From a virus (lineage: Duplodnaviria > Caudoviricetes): DNA of 64,000 nucleotides. Positions 1-9,908 of this stretch are shown here, one piece after another. The notes below the pieces were generated by a model that saw only the letters and a program-made list of their open reading frames with translations, searched no databases and was not told the DNA's origin. The position numbers and the translations under genes are program-made. The DNA lies in the IMG/VR virus record IMGVR_UViG_3300037484_000435, positions 160,001 through 224,000 of that record. One strand, given 5' to 3'. How positions within the stretch are numbered: the stretch's first letter is position 1; each line of letters starts with the position of its first letter.

Positions 1-1377
1 ATGACTATGTATCTGGTCTATAGTTGTGGTTACATCACCTTCTTGGGTAAGTAACCAATAAAGATTACGAAGATTTTGTCCTACCTTCCCTTTAGCGTTC
101 AGTCCATTAAGGCCATTTAATTCTACTTGCTCCAATATCTTTTTAGCGGTTTCCTTTCCTATACCCTTCTGGAACATAAGCAACCGTTTCCAAGCCCCTA
201 AATCCTTCGGGTTTAATATAACCCGCAAATAAGAAATAAAATCCTTAATATGTCTAGCTTCTTTAATCTCCTGCCCGCCGTACTTCTTGTAGGGAATCCC
301 TTTATTTACCAAAGCATACTCTAAACCCCGAGCGTCATAGTTACCTCGGTAAAGTATGCTGGTCTCACTGTGATTTAATAGGCCAAGAGTCTTTATGATG
401 AAGTCACTCATTTGATATTGATTCTCGGCCACCACAATCTTGGGGGAGACTTTACTCTTAATCTCAGACTTTAATGGGTTCTCCAGTTTACCCAGATTCA
501 AGCGTTTATAAAAAGAATTAACAGTCTTAATGATATTCTGATTGCTACGGTAATTCTGGTTTAATTTAATTATGCGGGCGTGCGGAAACTTCTCTAAAAA
601 TGTATTTATATTATCAGGATTGGCCCCGCGAAACCCATAGATTGATTGGGCATAATCTCCCACAGCCGTTACAAATTCGTGCTCTTGGGTTAAAAGGTCA
701 AGCATATTAGCCTGAAGAATATTAGTATCTTGATACTCGTCTACCAAGATATAACGAAGCTTCTGCCCGAGCATCTTTCGTATTTCGGGGCGGTTACACA
801 ACATGGTATTAAATTCTACCAGTATGTCATCAAAGTCTAATAGGTCCTGCCTCTGTTTAAAAGTAGAGTATTCCTTCTGTAGACCCACTATCTTTTTTTC
901 ATAATCAAGCCATGTCTTAGGCAATAAATCATGCAGAGCGACCCCTTTATTTACAACCTTGGAATAAATCTGCATTAACTCGTAAGGGTCGATACCCCCT
1001 TTGTCTAGTTTCAAGTCCTTAACTCGAACACGAAAGAAGGAACGTACTTCGCCCTCATCAATAACTTGTTGTCTGTTACCCGAGTAATGCCTTAAACTAT
1101 CCAGAGCAAAGGCGTGAAATGTGCCTCCAACTGGGTCAGGTAAATTCATACCAGATAAACTTCTTACGCGTTGCAACATTTCTTGTGCTGCTTTTTTCGT
1201 GAAAGTAAGTAGGAGTATGTTTTGTGGATGTACCCCGATAGTAGTTAAAAACAAAGTCTTGTAAGTAATCACGCGGGTCTTCCCGGTACCAGCCCCGGCC
1301 ACCACCAAACAAGGATTACCCACGTCCACCACAGCTTCCAACTGTTCTGGATTTAAGTCGTTAAGATATTCTGTCAT
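1..1377 (-). CDS. uvrD: UvrD/PcrA/Rep-family SF1 DNA helicase; 3' end lies outside the window and it is missing from the ORF track
   Basis: Hand translation from ATG at 1377: MTEYLNDLNPEQLEAV..LVVAGAGTGKT (Walker A), LLTFTKKAA, GTFHAF, YILVDEYQDTN (Walker B), VGDYAQSIYGFRGA, LNQNYRS. Segments checked are open to base 1. Confidence 0.93.
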   Translation of the reverse strand, partial: MTEYLNDLNPEQLEAVVDVGNPCLVVAGAGTGKTRVITYKTLFLTTIGVHPQNILLLTFTKKAAQEMLQRVRSLSGMNLPDPVGGTFHAFALDSLRHYSGNRQQVIDEGEVRSFFRVRVKDLKLDKGGIDPYELMQIYSKVVNKGVALHDLLPKTWLDYEKKIVGLQKEYSTFKQRQDLLDFDDILVEFNTMLCNRPEIRKMLGQKLRYILVDEYQDTNILQANMLDLLTQEHEFVTAVGDYAQSIYGFRGANPDNINTFLEKFPHARIIKLNQNYRSNQNIIKTVNSFYKRLNLGKLENPLKSEIKSKVSPKIVVAENQYQMSDFIIKTLGLLNHSETSILYRGNYDARGLEYALVNKGIPYKKYGGQEIKEARHIKDFISYLRVILNPKDLGAWKRLLMFQKGIGKETAKKILEQVELNGLNGLNAKGKVGQNLRNLYWLLTQEGDVTTTIDQIHSH

Positions 1378-1387
1378 GTTGATGCCG

Positions 1388-2326
1388 TCAGTTAGCATTC
1401 CCTGCTTGTTGAAGAGACTGTGGAGTTACACAACCAGTAAAGCTTTGCTCCATTACTGGATAACCTGAGGGGTCGAATTCAAATATATCCGCACGTTTGA
1501 TGAAATTCTCTAGCAAAACATTAGGGGTATAATCATGCTCCAAGGGCTCAGTGTAAAGTTCAAAATCCTTATTCTTTATATCCTCTAAACCTTTTTCAAA
1601 AATCATATCTATAGCTTTCTTTTCGAACCGCATATCAAAAGGAAAAAACATCGGTAAATCTATTGTGTTGGTGTGGTTAAATTGTAATATACTTCGTACC
1701 ATCTTTCCGACTGGATCCAAGTGCGAAGTGTGGTGAATGGTAACTTCCTCAATTGGTACAGGTTGATACTGTGGCATAGGAGCACCTTCACCATTCACTA
1801 CCCTTACCCCGTCATTTGAGTCTGGATGAAAAGTGGTTCTACGTATGTGGTTATGTGGCACTGCGTAACCTTGAAGGATATCATGAGCTAGATCTGGCCT
1901 ATTCCTGAAAACATGAGGTCCTTTTGAACTACACCCGTCCGCCCGATGATGGCGGTCACAATAGTAATTAAGAAGGCTGAAAGAAATCCCCGCACCGTTT
2001 TCGAGAGGATACCTCTTAACAATATCCTTCAACGATGGACCGTGGAAAGTAAAGATTTCATCCACGTCTAAAAACAAAACCACATCTGAATCTGCCAGTC
2101 TTAAAGCAGAGGTGAAACCACTTCCGAAGGGATTATCAAAGCAATTGAATAATGATTTCACATGTTTACGTACCTTCCCGTATCTGGATAAATCTACCTT
2201 ATCATATATAGACGTATCCAGAAAAACGAAGGAGTCCACATGGTCGTATAAACTCTCAATGGACTCGTATAAAGGTAATTTAACTGTTATAGGATCGCTA
2301 ATCATAGCGTAAGCAGTAATGAACAT
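1388..2326 (-). CDS. Putative GT-A fold (GT2-like) glycosyltransferase
   Basis: LYESIESLYDHVDSFVFLDT N-terminus and DVVLFLDVDEIF (DxD) motif. Confidence 0.6.
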   Translation of the reverse strand: MFITAYAMISDPITVKLPLYESIESLYDHVDSFVFLDTSIYDKVDLSRYGKVRKHVKSLFNCFDNPFGSGFTSALRLADSDVVLFLDVDEIFTFHGPSLKDIVKRYPLENGAGISFSLLNYYCDRHHRADGCSSKGPHVFRNRPDLAHDILQGYAVPHNHIRRTTFHPDSNDGVRVVNGEGAPMPQYQPVPIEEVTIHHTSHLDPVGKMVRSILQFNHTNTIDLPMFFPFDMRFEKKAIDMIFEKGLEDIKNKDFELYTEPLEHDYTPNVLLENFIKRADIFEFDPSGYPVMEQSFTGCVTPQSLQQAGNAN

Positions 2327-3078
2327 TATATTTCCCCTTCTAATTTGTTATTTATTTCCCAATGCCTAACTCGATGACAATTCGCACAGTACAACACACA
2401 CTTATCTAATTCTTCTCTGACCTTTTTGGACATTGAGCGGTGCCGAGCCAGTAATGTTCCCAAATTCATTTCTTTCTCCTCAGAATCATGATGAAAATCA
2501 TAGACATCAAGAATCTCTGTTTCTTTTAAACCACATTTAATACATTTCCCACCTAAGTATTCGATGCAACTCCTTTTTGCGTTTATACGATCGACCTTAG
2601 ATTTCTCTGCATACTTTTTATTACAAGATTTACAATAGTTTTTGGACAAATCCTCTTTGGGAGACTTGCAGGAAACACAAAGCCCCTGTTCTTTTAATTT
2701 AATGGCCCGAATCTTACTCTTCTGGTACTTACATTTTCTACATTGTAACTCATACTTAAATTTACGCTTTAAATAGTCGAACTCAGAAATAGGTTTTAGA
2801 CGTTGACATGTACTACATAGTTGCTCAGTAGGAAACTCACGTGGTTTATTGTTTGCCCAACGTTCTAATGATTTCTCTTTTATTCTATCCTTATTTTTAG
2901 CATAATAACATCGAGTTTTTTGTCGGTTATTTTCTAAATTATTTGCCCATTTCATTTTGCTATACAGTCGGTTACACTCTTTGCAACTACAGCGAAGCCC
3001 GTCATTATGCGACCGATCCACAGAAAATTCGTCAACACTCTTCTCTATTTTACATTTGCTACACACCTTAGTCTCCAA
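2326..3078 (-). CDS. HNH endonuclease with N-terminal zinc fingers (putative homing endonuclease)
   Basis: Repeated CxxC pairs; C-terminal DFHH...ELDKCVLYCANCHRVRH. Confidence 0.8.
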   Translation of the reverse strand: METKVCSKCKIEKSVDEFSVDRSHNDGLRCSCKECNRLYSKMKWANNLENNRQKTRCYYAKNKDRIKEKSLERWANNKPREFPTEQLCSTCQRLKPISEFDYLKRKFKYELQCRKCKYQKSKIRAIKLKEQGLCVSCKSPKEDLSKNYCKSCNKKYAEKSKVDRINAKRSCIEYLGGKCIKCGLKETEILDVYDFHHDSEEKEMNLGTLLARHRSMSKKVREELDKCVLYCANCHRVRHWEINNKLEGEI

Positions 3079-3082
3079 AATA

Positions 3083-3295
3083 CTATTTTAACCTCTCACA
3101 ACCTTCTTGTTTTTGTTGAAATTGTTCTAAGTATTCCTCAAATTCTTTTGAGTTTATTCCTATATTCACTCCTGCACCACCAAAGGTACAAGACCACCCT
3201 TCAGATAAATCTGGGAGACCTCCTTTCCAATCCCCCCAGATGTGTGTAATAGTTCCTAAGTCTTTATTGTCTGGCATTCTCATCCTCCTCAACAA
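3083..3295 (-). CDS. Hypothetical protein (likely start 3277 or 3283)
   Basis: ORF track; GAGGAGG RBS upstream; fits operon spacing. Confidence 0.5.
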   Translation of the reverse strand: MLRRMRMPDNKDLGTITHIWGDWKGGLPDLSEGWSCTFGGAGVNIGINSKEFEEYLEQFQQKQEGCERLK

Positions 3296-3425
3296 GCCCC
3301 GTCTTTACATAGTTATCACAATCTTTACATTTCAGATATCCCTCTTTCTTATCTCCCGCCTTTACCCACAAAGGTAAACTCTCAAACAGTTCACCACCAC
3401 ACTTATCACACACTATCTTCTCCAT
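3264..3425 (-). CDS. Small zinc-ribbon protein (53 aa, not in ORF track)
   Basis: Hand translation MEKIVCDKCGGELF...YLKCKDCDNYVKTG...RQ*; two CxxC pairs; fills the gap between neighbours. Confidence 0.55.
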   Translation of the reverse strand: MEKIVCDKCGGELFESLPLWVKAGDKKEGYLKCKDCDNYVKTGLVEEDENARQ

Positions 3426-3434
3426 CGCTCATAC

Positions 3435-3728
3435 CTAGTCGGGTAATTTAAATCCCTCGGACTCTACCTCTGAGTATATAATAGGCGGTGTGTATCCTAC
3501 TTTAGGTAAAGGATATTCAGTATAAGGTTTTTTATTTCTCGGCCCGTCAGCTGGGGGTTCTCCAACTAACCACGTTGTATCATGTGGCCCATCAAAAACA
3601 GACCAAGCATTAGGTTCCGTTTTGAAAGGCTTATCAAACAAACCGTCAGGGCAACGCTCTCCTGTATCCCGACAATAAAAATAACCTTTTTTTATTAAGC
3701 AATTGAGTTTTTCACACATTGCACTCAA
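3435..3728 (-). CDS. Hypothetical protein
   Basis: ORF track; start overlaps upstream stop. Confidence 0.55.
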   Translation of the reverse strand: MSAMCEKLNCLIKKGYFYCRDTGERCPDGLFDKPFKTEPNAWSVFDGPHDTTWLVGEPPADGPRNKKPYTEYPLPKVGYTPPIIYSEVESEGFKLPD

Positions 3729-4591
3729 CTCCTATGCTTCTTTATCCAATTCAATTCATCTTCTAGGGAAAAGTCAGTCGCACAATTATCGGGTAAATTC
3801 TCCTTGAATTTAGATAATCCCTCAAAATCATCCACTTCAGTATCTGAGCTCACGACCCAACGCGTAGGTTTTAACCCCTCAGCAATTAGTTCTTGCTGTT
3901 TCTTCTCATTGGGCCAAGCCTTATCAGATTCATAGAGAGGAATCAATATTCTTTCTCTTAATTTATCCCCTTTTCTATATTGAATTACTTTTTCTTCCTT
4001 CCCATAAAAATTCATTTCTCCTCTCCTTCCTGGGATCAATGTTAACTTTCCAGACCTCAAGTCTTCATCAAACCAGCCGTCATGTAATTTTCTATGACAA
4101 TTGGCGCACACATACACACATTTCTGAAGTTCTGGCACAACAATTGTGTCCCAATCACGACTTATTAAGGTCGCCACAACGAAGTCTTTTTCGGCTGGAT
4201 CAACATGATGACAATCATACATTCGGTAACAACTTTCACTTACACCACATATGTAACAAGATTGCCCATAATACTCATGAATCTTTTTACTATATCGCCG
4301 CCTATAATCTGTGGCTACCGTATGTATTCTTTCCAGATTACGCTTACGATATTCCTTATTTTTCTCAGATAACTTGTCTCTATTCTGTTGACGATAACTA
4401 GTTTGGTAACATTTAATTTTTTCTACATTCTGTTCTTGATACTTTTTTGCGGACTCGATAATCTCTTGTCTATGTGTCTCGTAATATTTTGCGTTCTTCG
4501 TTGAAATTTTATCTTTATTTTTTAAATAGTATTCTTTCTTATATTGAGACTTACGTGTATCCTTTTCTTCAGTCAAACTATTGATACCCAT
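3725..4591 (-). CDS. HNH endonuclease fused in frame to a C-terminal 96-aa unknown protein
   Basis: Start refined to ATG 4591 (GGGGGAGG RBS). K/Y-rich helical N-terminus, CYICG, DCHHVDP...ELQKCVYVCANCHRKLH. Internal AGGAGAGGAG RBS before in-frame ATG at 4015. Confidence 0.75.
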   Translation of the reverse strand: MGINSLTEEKDTRKSQYKKEYYLKNKDKISTKNAKYYETHRQEIIESAKKYQEQNVEKIKCYQTSYRQQNRDKLSEKNKEYRKRNLERIHTVATDYRRRYSKKIHEYYGQSCYICGVSESCYRMYDCHHVDPAEKDFVVATLISRDWDTIVVPELQKCVYVCANCHRKLHDGWFDEDLRSGKLTLIPGRRGEMNFYGKEEKVIQYRKGDKLRERILIPLYESDKAWPNEKKQQELIAEGLKPTRWVVSSDTEVDDFEGLSKFKENLPDNCATDFSLEDELNWIKKHRS

Positions 4592-4625
4592 ATCTGAAGA
4601 CACCTCCCCCTTAATCAAAAAAATT

Positions 4626-5648
4626 CTATATAACTTCCACAATGAATTTGTCACTTGGTAGTTTAGCAAACGTGTAAATGTCCTTTATATCGCGGGGCCA
4701 TTCTGGTTCCTCAATAGAAACTTCCATCAAGGGGCCTAACGAGTGTGCATCATTAACTTCGATAAGGGGTAAATCAAGAGACAGCGGTGGTTTTAATTTT
4801 CCAATAAACTCTTCACCCCAACGATCCATAAAATAGCGACGGTTAATACTACTTTGGAACCGCATCTCCTCAACATCCATATTCACCGCGGGAATTCCTG
4901 GGTGTAACATTTTAGTTTTGTCTGTAATATCAAACCCAAAACCCGCCATACCCCACCGCAATAGAAAATCTAATTCACCGCTGTGGTCAAAGCCTCGGCT
5001 GAACACACGGTCAAAACCGTTTACTTTATCAAAATTCTTTTTGCTAACAACAAAAGAAAACAGATAGGGTGTGGGTGCGTATTGTGGATGAATCAGATAA
5101 ACCCACTGATCGCAGAAACGTGACCATACTGGCCCTAACACGGTAGTTATACTCGTTAGAGTCGTGTCTATGTTAGCAGTTCGTCCGACTCTGAGTAGGT
5201 CCCAAGGCTGAAAAAACATAACCAAGTCTCTTAGCCCCATTACACGGTCGTGCTCAACAAATTCCATACCGATATCCCAATTTAAAGTAGGCCTGTCGCC
5301 TGGGCACCCCCGACGAATAAACACTATCTTGGTATTGATGTGGTTTTTTATATCGCCCAATACAGATAAGATATCCGCTCGTCGCTCAATATCCGCAACA
5401 AATATAAACTGGTCGTGCTCTTGAATAATTCCTGGAAACTGTGCTATGGCACCCATCTGCTGGGCAAACATCTCAGGAGCCTGCGTACTGATTGCCCATA
5501 CAAAACTCACTGGCTCATTAGGCACAGGTTCATATAGGTGCGGGTAGATATCGTGCTTCTCCAAAAACTTATGGAAGGCCTCCATACGAGCATAGAAAGA
5601 CACGGTTTCTTTTTTATCTTCCATCATTTTTAATATTTGGTCATACAT
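4626..5648 (-). CDS. Divergent GT2-like glycosyltransferase
   Basis: C-terminal SFVVSKKNFDKVNGFD..F...ELDFLLR resembles the GT2 'ggfDe.f..eD.dl..R' region; canonical DxD not clear. Confidence 0.55.
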   Translation of the reverse strand: MYDQILKMMEDKKETVSFYARMEAFHKFLEKHDIYPHLYEPVPNEPVSFVWAISTQAPEMFAQQMGAIAQFPGIIQEHDQFIFVADIERRADILSVLGDIKNHINTKIVFIRRGCPGDRPTLNWDIGMEFVEHDRVMGLRDLVMFFQPWDLLRVGRTANIDTTLTSITTVLGPVWSRFCDQWVYLIHPQYAPTPYLFSFVVSKKNFDKVNGFDRVFSRGFDHSGELDFLLRWGMAGFGFDITDKTKMLHPGIPAVNMDVEEMRFQSSINRRYFMDRWGEEFIGKLKPPLSLDLPLIEVNDAHSLGPLMEVSIEEPEWPRDIKDIYTFAKLPSDKFIVEVI

Positions 5649-6199
5649 TATTGTTTCATCCTTTCTACAAAAGTACTGGTTGACGATCCCTTTAGATTCG
5701 GTCTGGGAATCAACAGGATATTACCATGTAACGAACTTTCCACATTCAATCCCCTCTTCTTATACACAGGAATAAGGTAGTCACATTTAGGGTCATAGCC
5801 CGGAACATTAGCTATATCCCAGTCCTCACCTTTGAACATGACCCCGTGGTACCTTTCCTTAATAATATGCGAAGCCATAATTCCGTAGTCCACTTCACTG
5901 TTCATCAGGAAGCAGGCGTCTACGTACTTGATAGAGTTTACTATATTGAGCCTATGGAATTCTGGGTATACTGGTCTACCTGGACCCTTATTCTCCCTGA
6001 CTAACCTATCAGTTCCTACACCTACTACCAAAAAGTCACACATTTCTCTCGCCTGTCTGAGGCACCAAATGTGGCCGAAATGGCTGAGGTCCCACACCCC
6101 GCTGTAGAAGCCAATAATGCCACCATGCTCGTATCCTATGTGCTCACAATTATATATAAGCCCGTCTATTGACGCGGCATCTTTTAAGTCGACAATCAT
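5648..6199 (-). CDS. Cytidylyltransferase-superfamily nucleotidyltransferase (HldC/RfaE-II or TagD-like)
   Basis: GVWDLSHFGH (HxGH), LVVGVGTD..V...KGPGRPV, R...V.SIKYVD, KGEDW, C-terminal SSTS. Confidence 0.85.
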   Translation of the reverse strand: MIVDLKDAASIDGLIYNCEHIGYEHGGIIGFYSGVWDLSHFGHIWCLRQAREMCDFLVVGVGTDRLVRENKGPGRPVYPEFHRLNIVNSIKYVDACFLMNSEVDYGIMASHIIKERYHGVMFKGEDWDIANVPGYDPKCDYLIPVYKKRGLNVESSLHGNILLIPRPNLKGSSTSTFVERMKQ

Positions 6200-6211
6200 T
6201 TTTCCGCTCCT

Positions 6212-7117
6212 TTAAAACGGTAAGTCCAATTCCTTTCCTTGACCACTGGGGTCTTCGGTATTAGTGACCTGTCCGTCTTTTATGGTATACACTTTACTTA
6301 ATATGTTTGGTGTACCCCACTCTTGGGGCTCGCCGCTGATAACAAGGTTTCTATCGGGACTCAAACGTATGACATTCGCTTTGTCCATAATTTTGAGTCT
6401 GTCAAAAATCCGACGCCCCGCCGCTTCCCGAGCTGGTGGAGTCTTTGGAGGACCATGCCAGAGGTGAATAGCCTGTCCAGTTATTTCCTTCTCATACTCC
6501 CCGTAGTGGTTCTTCCAATGTTCCCGAAAGCACGTATCCTCGTATCCTACAACTAGACTAAACAGTTCATCTATACCACCCAATTCAATAAACTTATTGC
6601 GTGAGAATCCCGAACAAAAATAAAATTTACTACGGGAAAATGGACCGCCTTCGGCGTAGTGGTAGTGTTTCTCATAACCTGACATTATGCTGTCATAATC
6701 ACCAAACCACTCATCTCCCTCAGTAAAGTGGGTTCGAGCGTTATACATTCTCTTGTCATTAGCTTTAAGCCCTTCCGCAATCTCAGAAATAATCCACTCA
6801 TCTTTCAGGACCACTTCGGGGTCTGTCTTGATAACGTAGGGGTTAGAAACAACATGCCTTATCATGCTATTAAATCTAGATACGGGGTTATAGGACCGTT
6901 TGGCTAAAACAGTTTTTTGCATATCAAACTGAAGATATTTAAAAGTAAACACTTCCGAGTACCTATCAATCAGGGAAAGAAGATTGTCAGTACTACGTAC
7001 GTCTCCTATACAAATCTCTATATCGTTGGCTGGGTAATCTTGTCTAGAAATACTTTCTAAACAATATTTAAGTAGATGTGCCCTATTTCGTATTGAGATA
7101 ATTATTGAAAATTTCAT
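6212..7117 (-). CDS. GT2 glycosyltransferase
   Basis: SIIISIRNRAHLLKYCLESI, D.RSTD, KTDPE, GGIDELF..GYED, HLWHG. Confidence 0.85.
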   Translation of the reverse strand: MKFSIIISIRNRAHLLKYCLESISRQDYPANDIEICIGDVRSTDNLLSLIDRYSEVFTFKYLQFDMQKTVLAKRSYNPVSRFNSMIRHVVSNPYVIKTDPEVVLKDEWIISEIAEGLKANDKRMYNARTHFTEGDEWFGDYDSIMSGYEKHYHYAEGGPFSRSKFYFCSGFSRNKFIELGGIDELFSLVVGYEDTCFREHWKNHYGEYEKEITGQAIHLWHGPPKTPPAREAAGRRIFDRLKIMDKANVIRLSPDRNLVISGEPQEWGTPNILSKVYTIKDGQVTNTEDPSGQGKELDLPF

Positions 7118-7908
7118 TGTAGCTCCTCAAAGTTTTCATTGGGAAAACCCCAATTATCTGAAGTTATTGTCTGTCCATATCCCGACTCAAGAGGAGACCC
7201 CGGATGGCGAATATGAATTATGTTATACGGGTAGATGGACCTCGGTCTTCTTACTAATTGCTCTGCTCTGGCTATTTGCCACATGTCGACACCAGCCATG
7301 GAAGTCCCTTTTGGTGTGGACAACCCCTGTAACTGATACCAAATATCTCTATGCATAAGCGTAAAATCTCCGTTAGCGTTCCAATCGTGCGTGTGAACAA
7401 CGTTCTCGGGTTTACCGCAAAACTCTTTCAGTAAAGCTATATCTTTTGGTATATCCATTATAGTGTGATAAACAGTAGGGCGATTAGCAATCATTACACC
7501 ATCACAAGCTAGGCATGCTTTGGGGAATTCATCCACCCATAGGCAGTCTGGGTTAAGTGTTAATATCATTCTGCCCATCGTTCTTCTGACTCCTATATTC
7601 TTAGCGTGGCCTTCATGAAAAGCCCTCTCTGGACTTACTGTTCGTGTGAATTCGTAAGGCACCCTTATAATCCTAGCTTTCGCCTCCTTGACAAAATCCC
7701 AATCGGACGGCCCCTCACCCTCTTCTTTTCCGCACCATTCAACAATTACCAACTCATAATCGATATTCCTAAAGGCATGTTGTAGGGTGTACAAAGAATA
7801 TTCCGCCCGTTTCTTTGCCGAAGTTGGAACGGCGGGCTCAACTTCTCTCCGAACAACTGAACCGTAATTGTTGTTCCCGATACTCATAACTAAAGACAAT
7901 TCTTTCAT
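7114..7908 (-). CDS. GT2-like glycosyltransferase
   Basis: LSLVMSIGNNNYG, YELVIVEW, AKNIGVRR..G..IL.LNPD, GDFTLMHR..W. Confidence 0.65.
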   Translation of the reverse strand: MKELSLVMSIGNNNYGSVVRREVEPAVPTSAKKRAEYSLYTLQHAFRNIDYELVIVEWCGKEEGEGPSDWDFVKEAKARIIRVPYEFTRTVSPERAFHEGHAKNIGVRRTMGRMILTLNPDCLWVDEFPKACLACDGVMIANRPTVYHTIMDIPKDIALLKEFCGKPENVVHTHDWNANGDFTLMHRDIWYQLQGLSTPKGTSMAGVDMWQIARAEQLVRRPRSIYPYNIIHIRHPGSPLESGYGQTITSDNWGFPNENFEELQ

Positions 7909-7916
7909 TCTTCTCC

Positions 7917-8870
7917 TTAATACAATTCTAATTTCTTACACATTCTTCTCAGAGTTGAATAAGACCGTGCAGGAAAAAAATATTGCAATTTAGCAACGTC
8001 CTTATATTTATCATAAATATCCTTCAGACTATTTATCTCTTCTTCTGTCCACCGGATACGTGGTTTTAAGCTTATCTCCCTGCGTATGCCTGTTCTACTA
8101 GCCTTTAAAGTAATAGCAGACCACGAAAAATCAGGCAATAATTCCATCACCTCTTCTCTAGAAGCGTTGGGATAATGATTCTTTAAAATTGAAAAATCCT
8201 CCTCTGCCCACTCTCTCCTGAAAATCTGCTCCGCCCGCTCTCCTAAGAACTCCACAGCGATAGTATATTTTCTCTCTAAATAGATTGTAGCGTCCTTGTA
8301 AATCCATTGTAAGAATCGCACAGCATTCAAGGCAGAGTATTTTACACAGTAAACATTTCCTTCAGGGCATACTCTAGTTGTGTTTCTCTGAATCTTACTG
8401 AACTCACTATGTACAAAAGACACAATATCTAAAGTCCCAACAACCCCACATTGGAGTTTGTGCTTCTTATGAGAATAAATTGTACCATCACCATCAAAGT
8501 AGCCTCGGACATAATGACTTATTAAATTCTCGGGTAAGTTAATAGGTGGTTTTAGAGTAAAGGTCTTTCTAGGGGTAAGGTTATGCTCTAATAACTGATA
8601 ATACAAATTCTTATCACTAACTACAAGAGTTATCATATTACCCTTCTCTTTTCTATTCTGAAGATATAAGGCCCTAGTTGGACATAAAATATTTTTGATT
8701 TTCTCAAGAATCTCCGTGTCAGATTCTTTCAGACTCAATGTAACAACATAGCCAGCGGATTTACTATAATACATACACCCGTCTGCACAAAAGAACCCTA
8801 GAATGTAAGCTTTCTCCTCTGTATCAATAACAGAAAAGTCCAATGATTTGTGTTTACAAGGTCTGCCCAA
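7917..8870 (-). mobile_element. Free-standing two-motif LAGLIDADG endonuclease with C-terminal WxEE repeats
   Basis: IDTEEKAYILGFFCADG and YVRGYFDGDG motifs; WAEEDF and WTEEEI repeats; TTG start with AGGAGG RBS. Confidence 0.9.
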
Positions 8871-8873
8871 TAC

Positions 8874-8915
8874 TACCTCCTTTATACTGTCTACACATAA
8901 AAGAAAGTAAATTAA
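8874..8915 (-). promoter_or_regulatory. RBS-sequestering hairpin plus upstream TTAATTT motif
   Basis: Minus strand TAC(T)TTCTTTTAT-loop-ATAAAGGAGGTA pairs over the AGGAGG RBS (G:U pairs included), checked by hand. Confidence 0.65.
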
Positions 8916-8925
8916 TTTAGGTAGA

Positions 8926-9846
8926 CTAACGGCTACCGAAGATAACTAAATCGGGGCGAGCTTCTGAAATAGGTATTTTATTTACTTTACATTTCCCTTT
9001 CTCCCAAGAAGTCAAAGTAAGATGGCTATACAACCTTCCCCAAGTTAAATCTAAGTTTGGAGGAGTATCCTTTAGTTCCTCCCTTAACTTCGCACCTTGA
9101 TTTACGTAACCATACAGGTGCGAAGGAACTCCTTGCGGGCCCGAAGCCATACCGCCGTGCCAGAGATGGATAACAGGGCTATCCAACATAGGAATAAAAG
9201 AGTCGATCCCATATTTCTTCTTCCAAAAATCTAAGAAATGATTGTCTTCCGAGCCTATGAAGTTAGTGAAGCGCTCATCTATACCACCCAGCCTTATATA
9301 ACTTTCTTTCCTAAAAACTGACATATAATACACAAGTTCATATTTTGCGTTATCTTTTGTTATGTGGGTGGGGTAGTGAGACTTTAAATAGTTATCTTTT
9401 ATACTTTCCATATTACTAATAGGAAACTCGTAGCAATGATAGGGGAATGGCATAACAAATCTGTCCTGCTTCTCGTTTACCAAATCAATTGCTTTCTGCA
9501 AGAACAACGGGTCCAAAATAACCATCTCTGGGTCTGTTTTCCATAGAATATCGTGGCTACACAACTTAACCAAAATGTTGTAACGCTCGGCAGGACACCC
9601 GAACGGATTATTTACTACTGACTTGGAACGGTCCCAGTCCCATTTCTTGACGGACTGAAAAACATTACTGTAGTCACAAAGAACCTCGTCTAGGTTATCT
9701 GAACTACGGCTATCCATAACATTAAGTTCAACCCCGACTCCTGCCCTTGTCGTGTTATCACGTATAGCCTCTAAGCACCACTTCAATAGGTGTGCTCTAT
9801 TGTGAATTGATGTAAATACAGATATTGTTATTCCTTTATTATACAA
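8926..9846 (-). CDS. GT2 glycosyltransferase (paralog of 6212..7117)
   Basis: Start refined to TTG 9846 (AGGAG RBS). SIHNRAHLLKWCLEAI, DSRSSD, KTDPE, GGIDERF..GSED, HLWHG. Confidence 0.85.
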   Translation of the reverse strand: MYNKGITISVFTSIHNRAHLLKWCLEAIRDNTTRAGVGVELNVMDSRSSDNLDEVLCDYSNVFQSVKKWDWDRSKSVVNNPFGCPAERYNILVKLCSHDILWKTDPEMVILDPLFLQKAIDLVNEKQDRFVMPFPYHCYEFPISNMESIKDNYLKSHYPTHITKDNAKYELVYYMSVFRKESYIRLGGIDERFTNFIGSEDNHFLDFWKKKYGIDSFIPMLDSPVIHLWHGGMASGPQGVPSHLYGYVNQGAKLREELKDTPPNLDLTWGRLYSHLTLTSWEKGKCKVNKIPISEARPDLVIFGSR

Positions 9847-9908
9847 AATTCTTTTTCTCCTATAATTCGCAAACAACAATAAAGCAAGTTAGTGTCGTTT
9901 CTCCCTTC

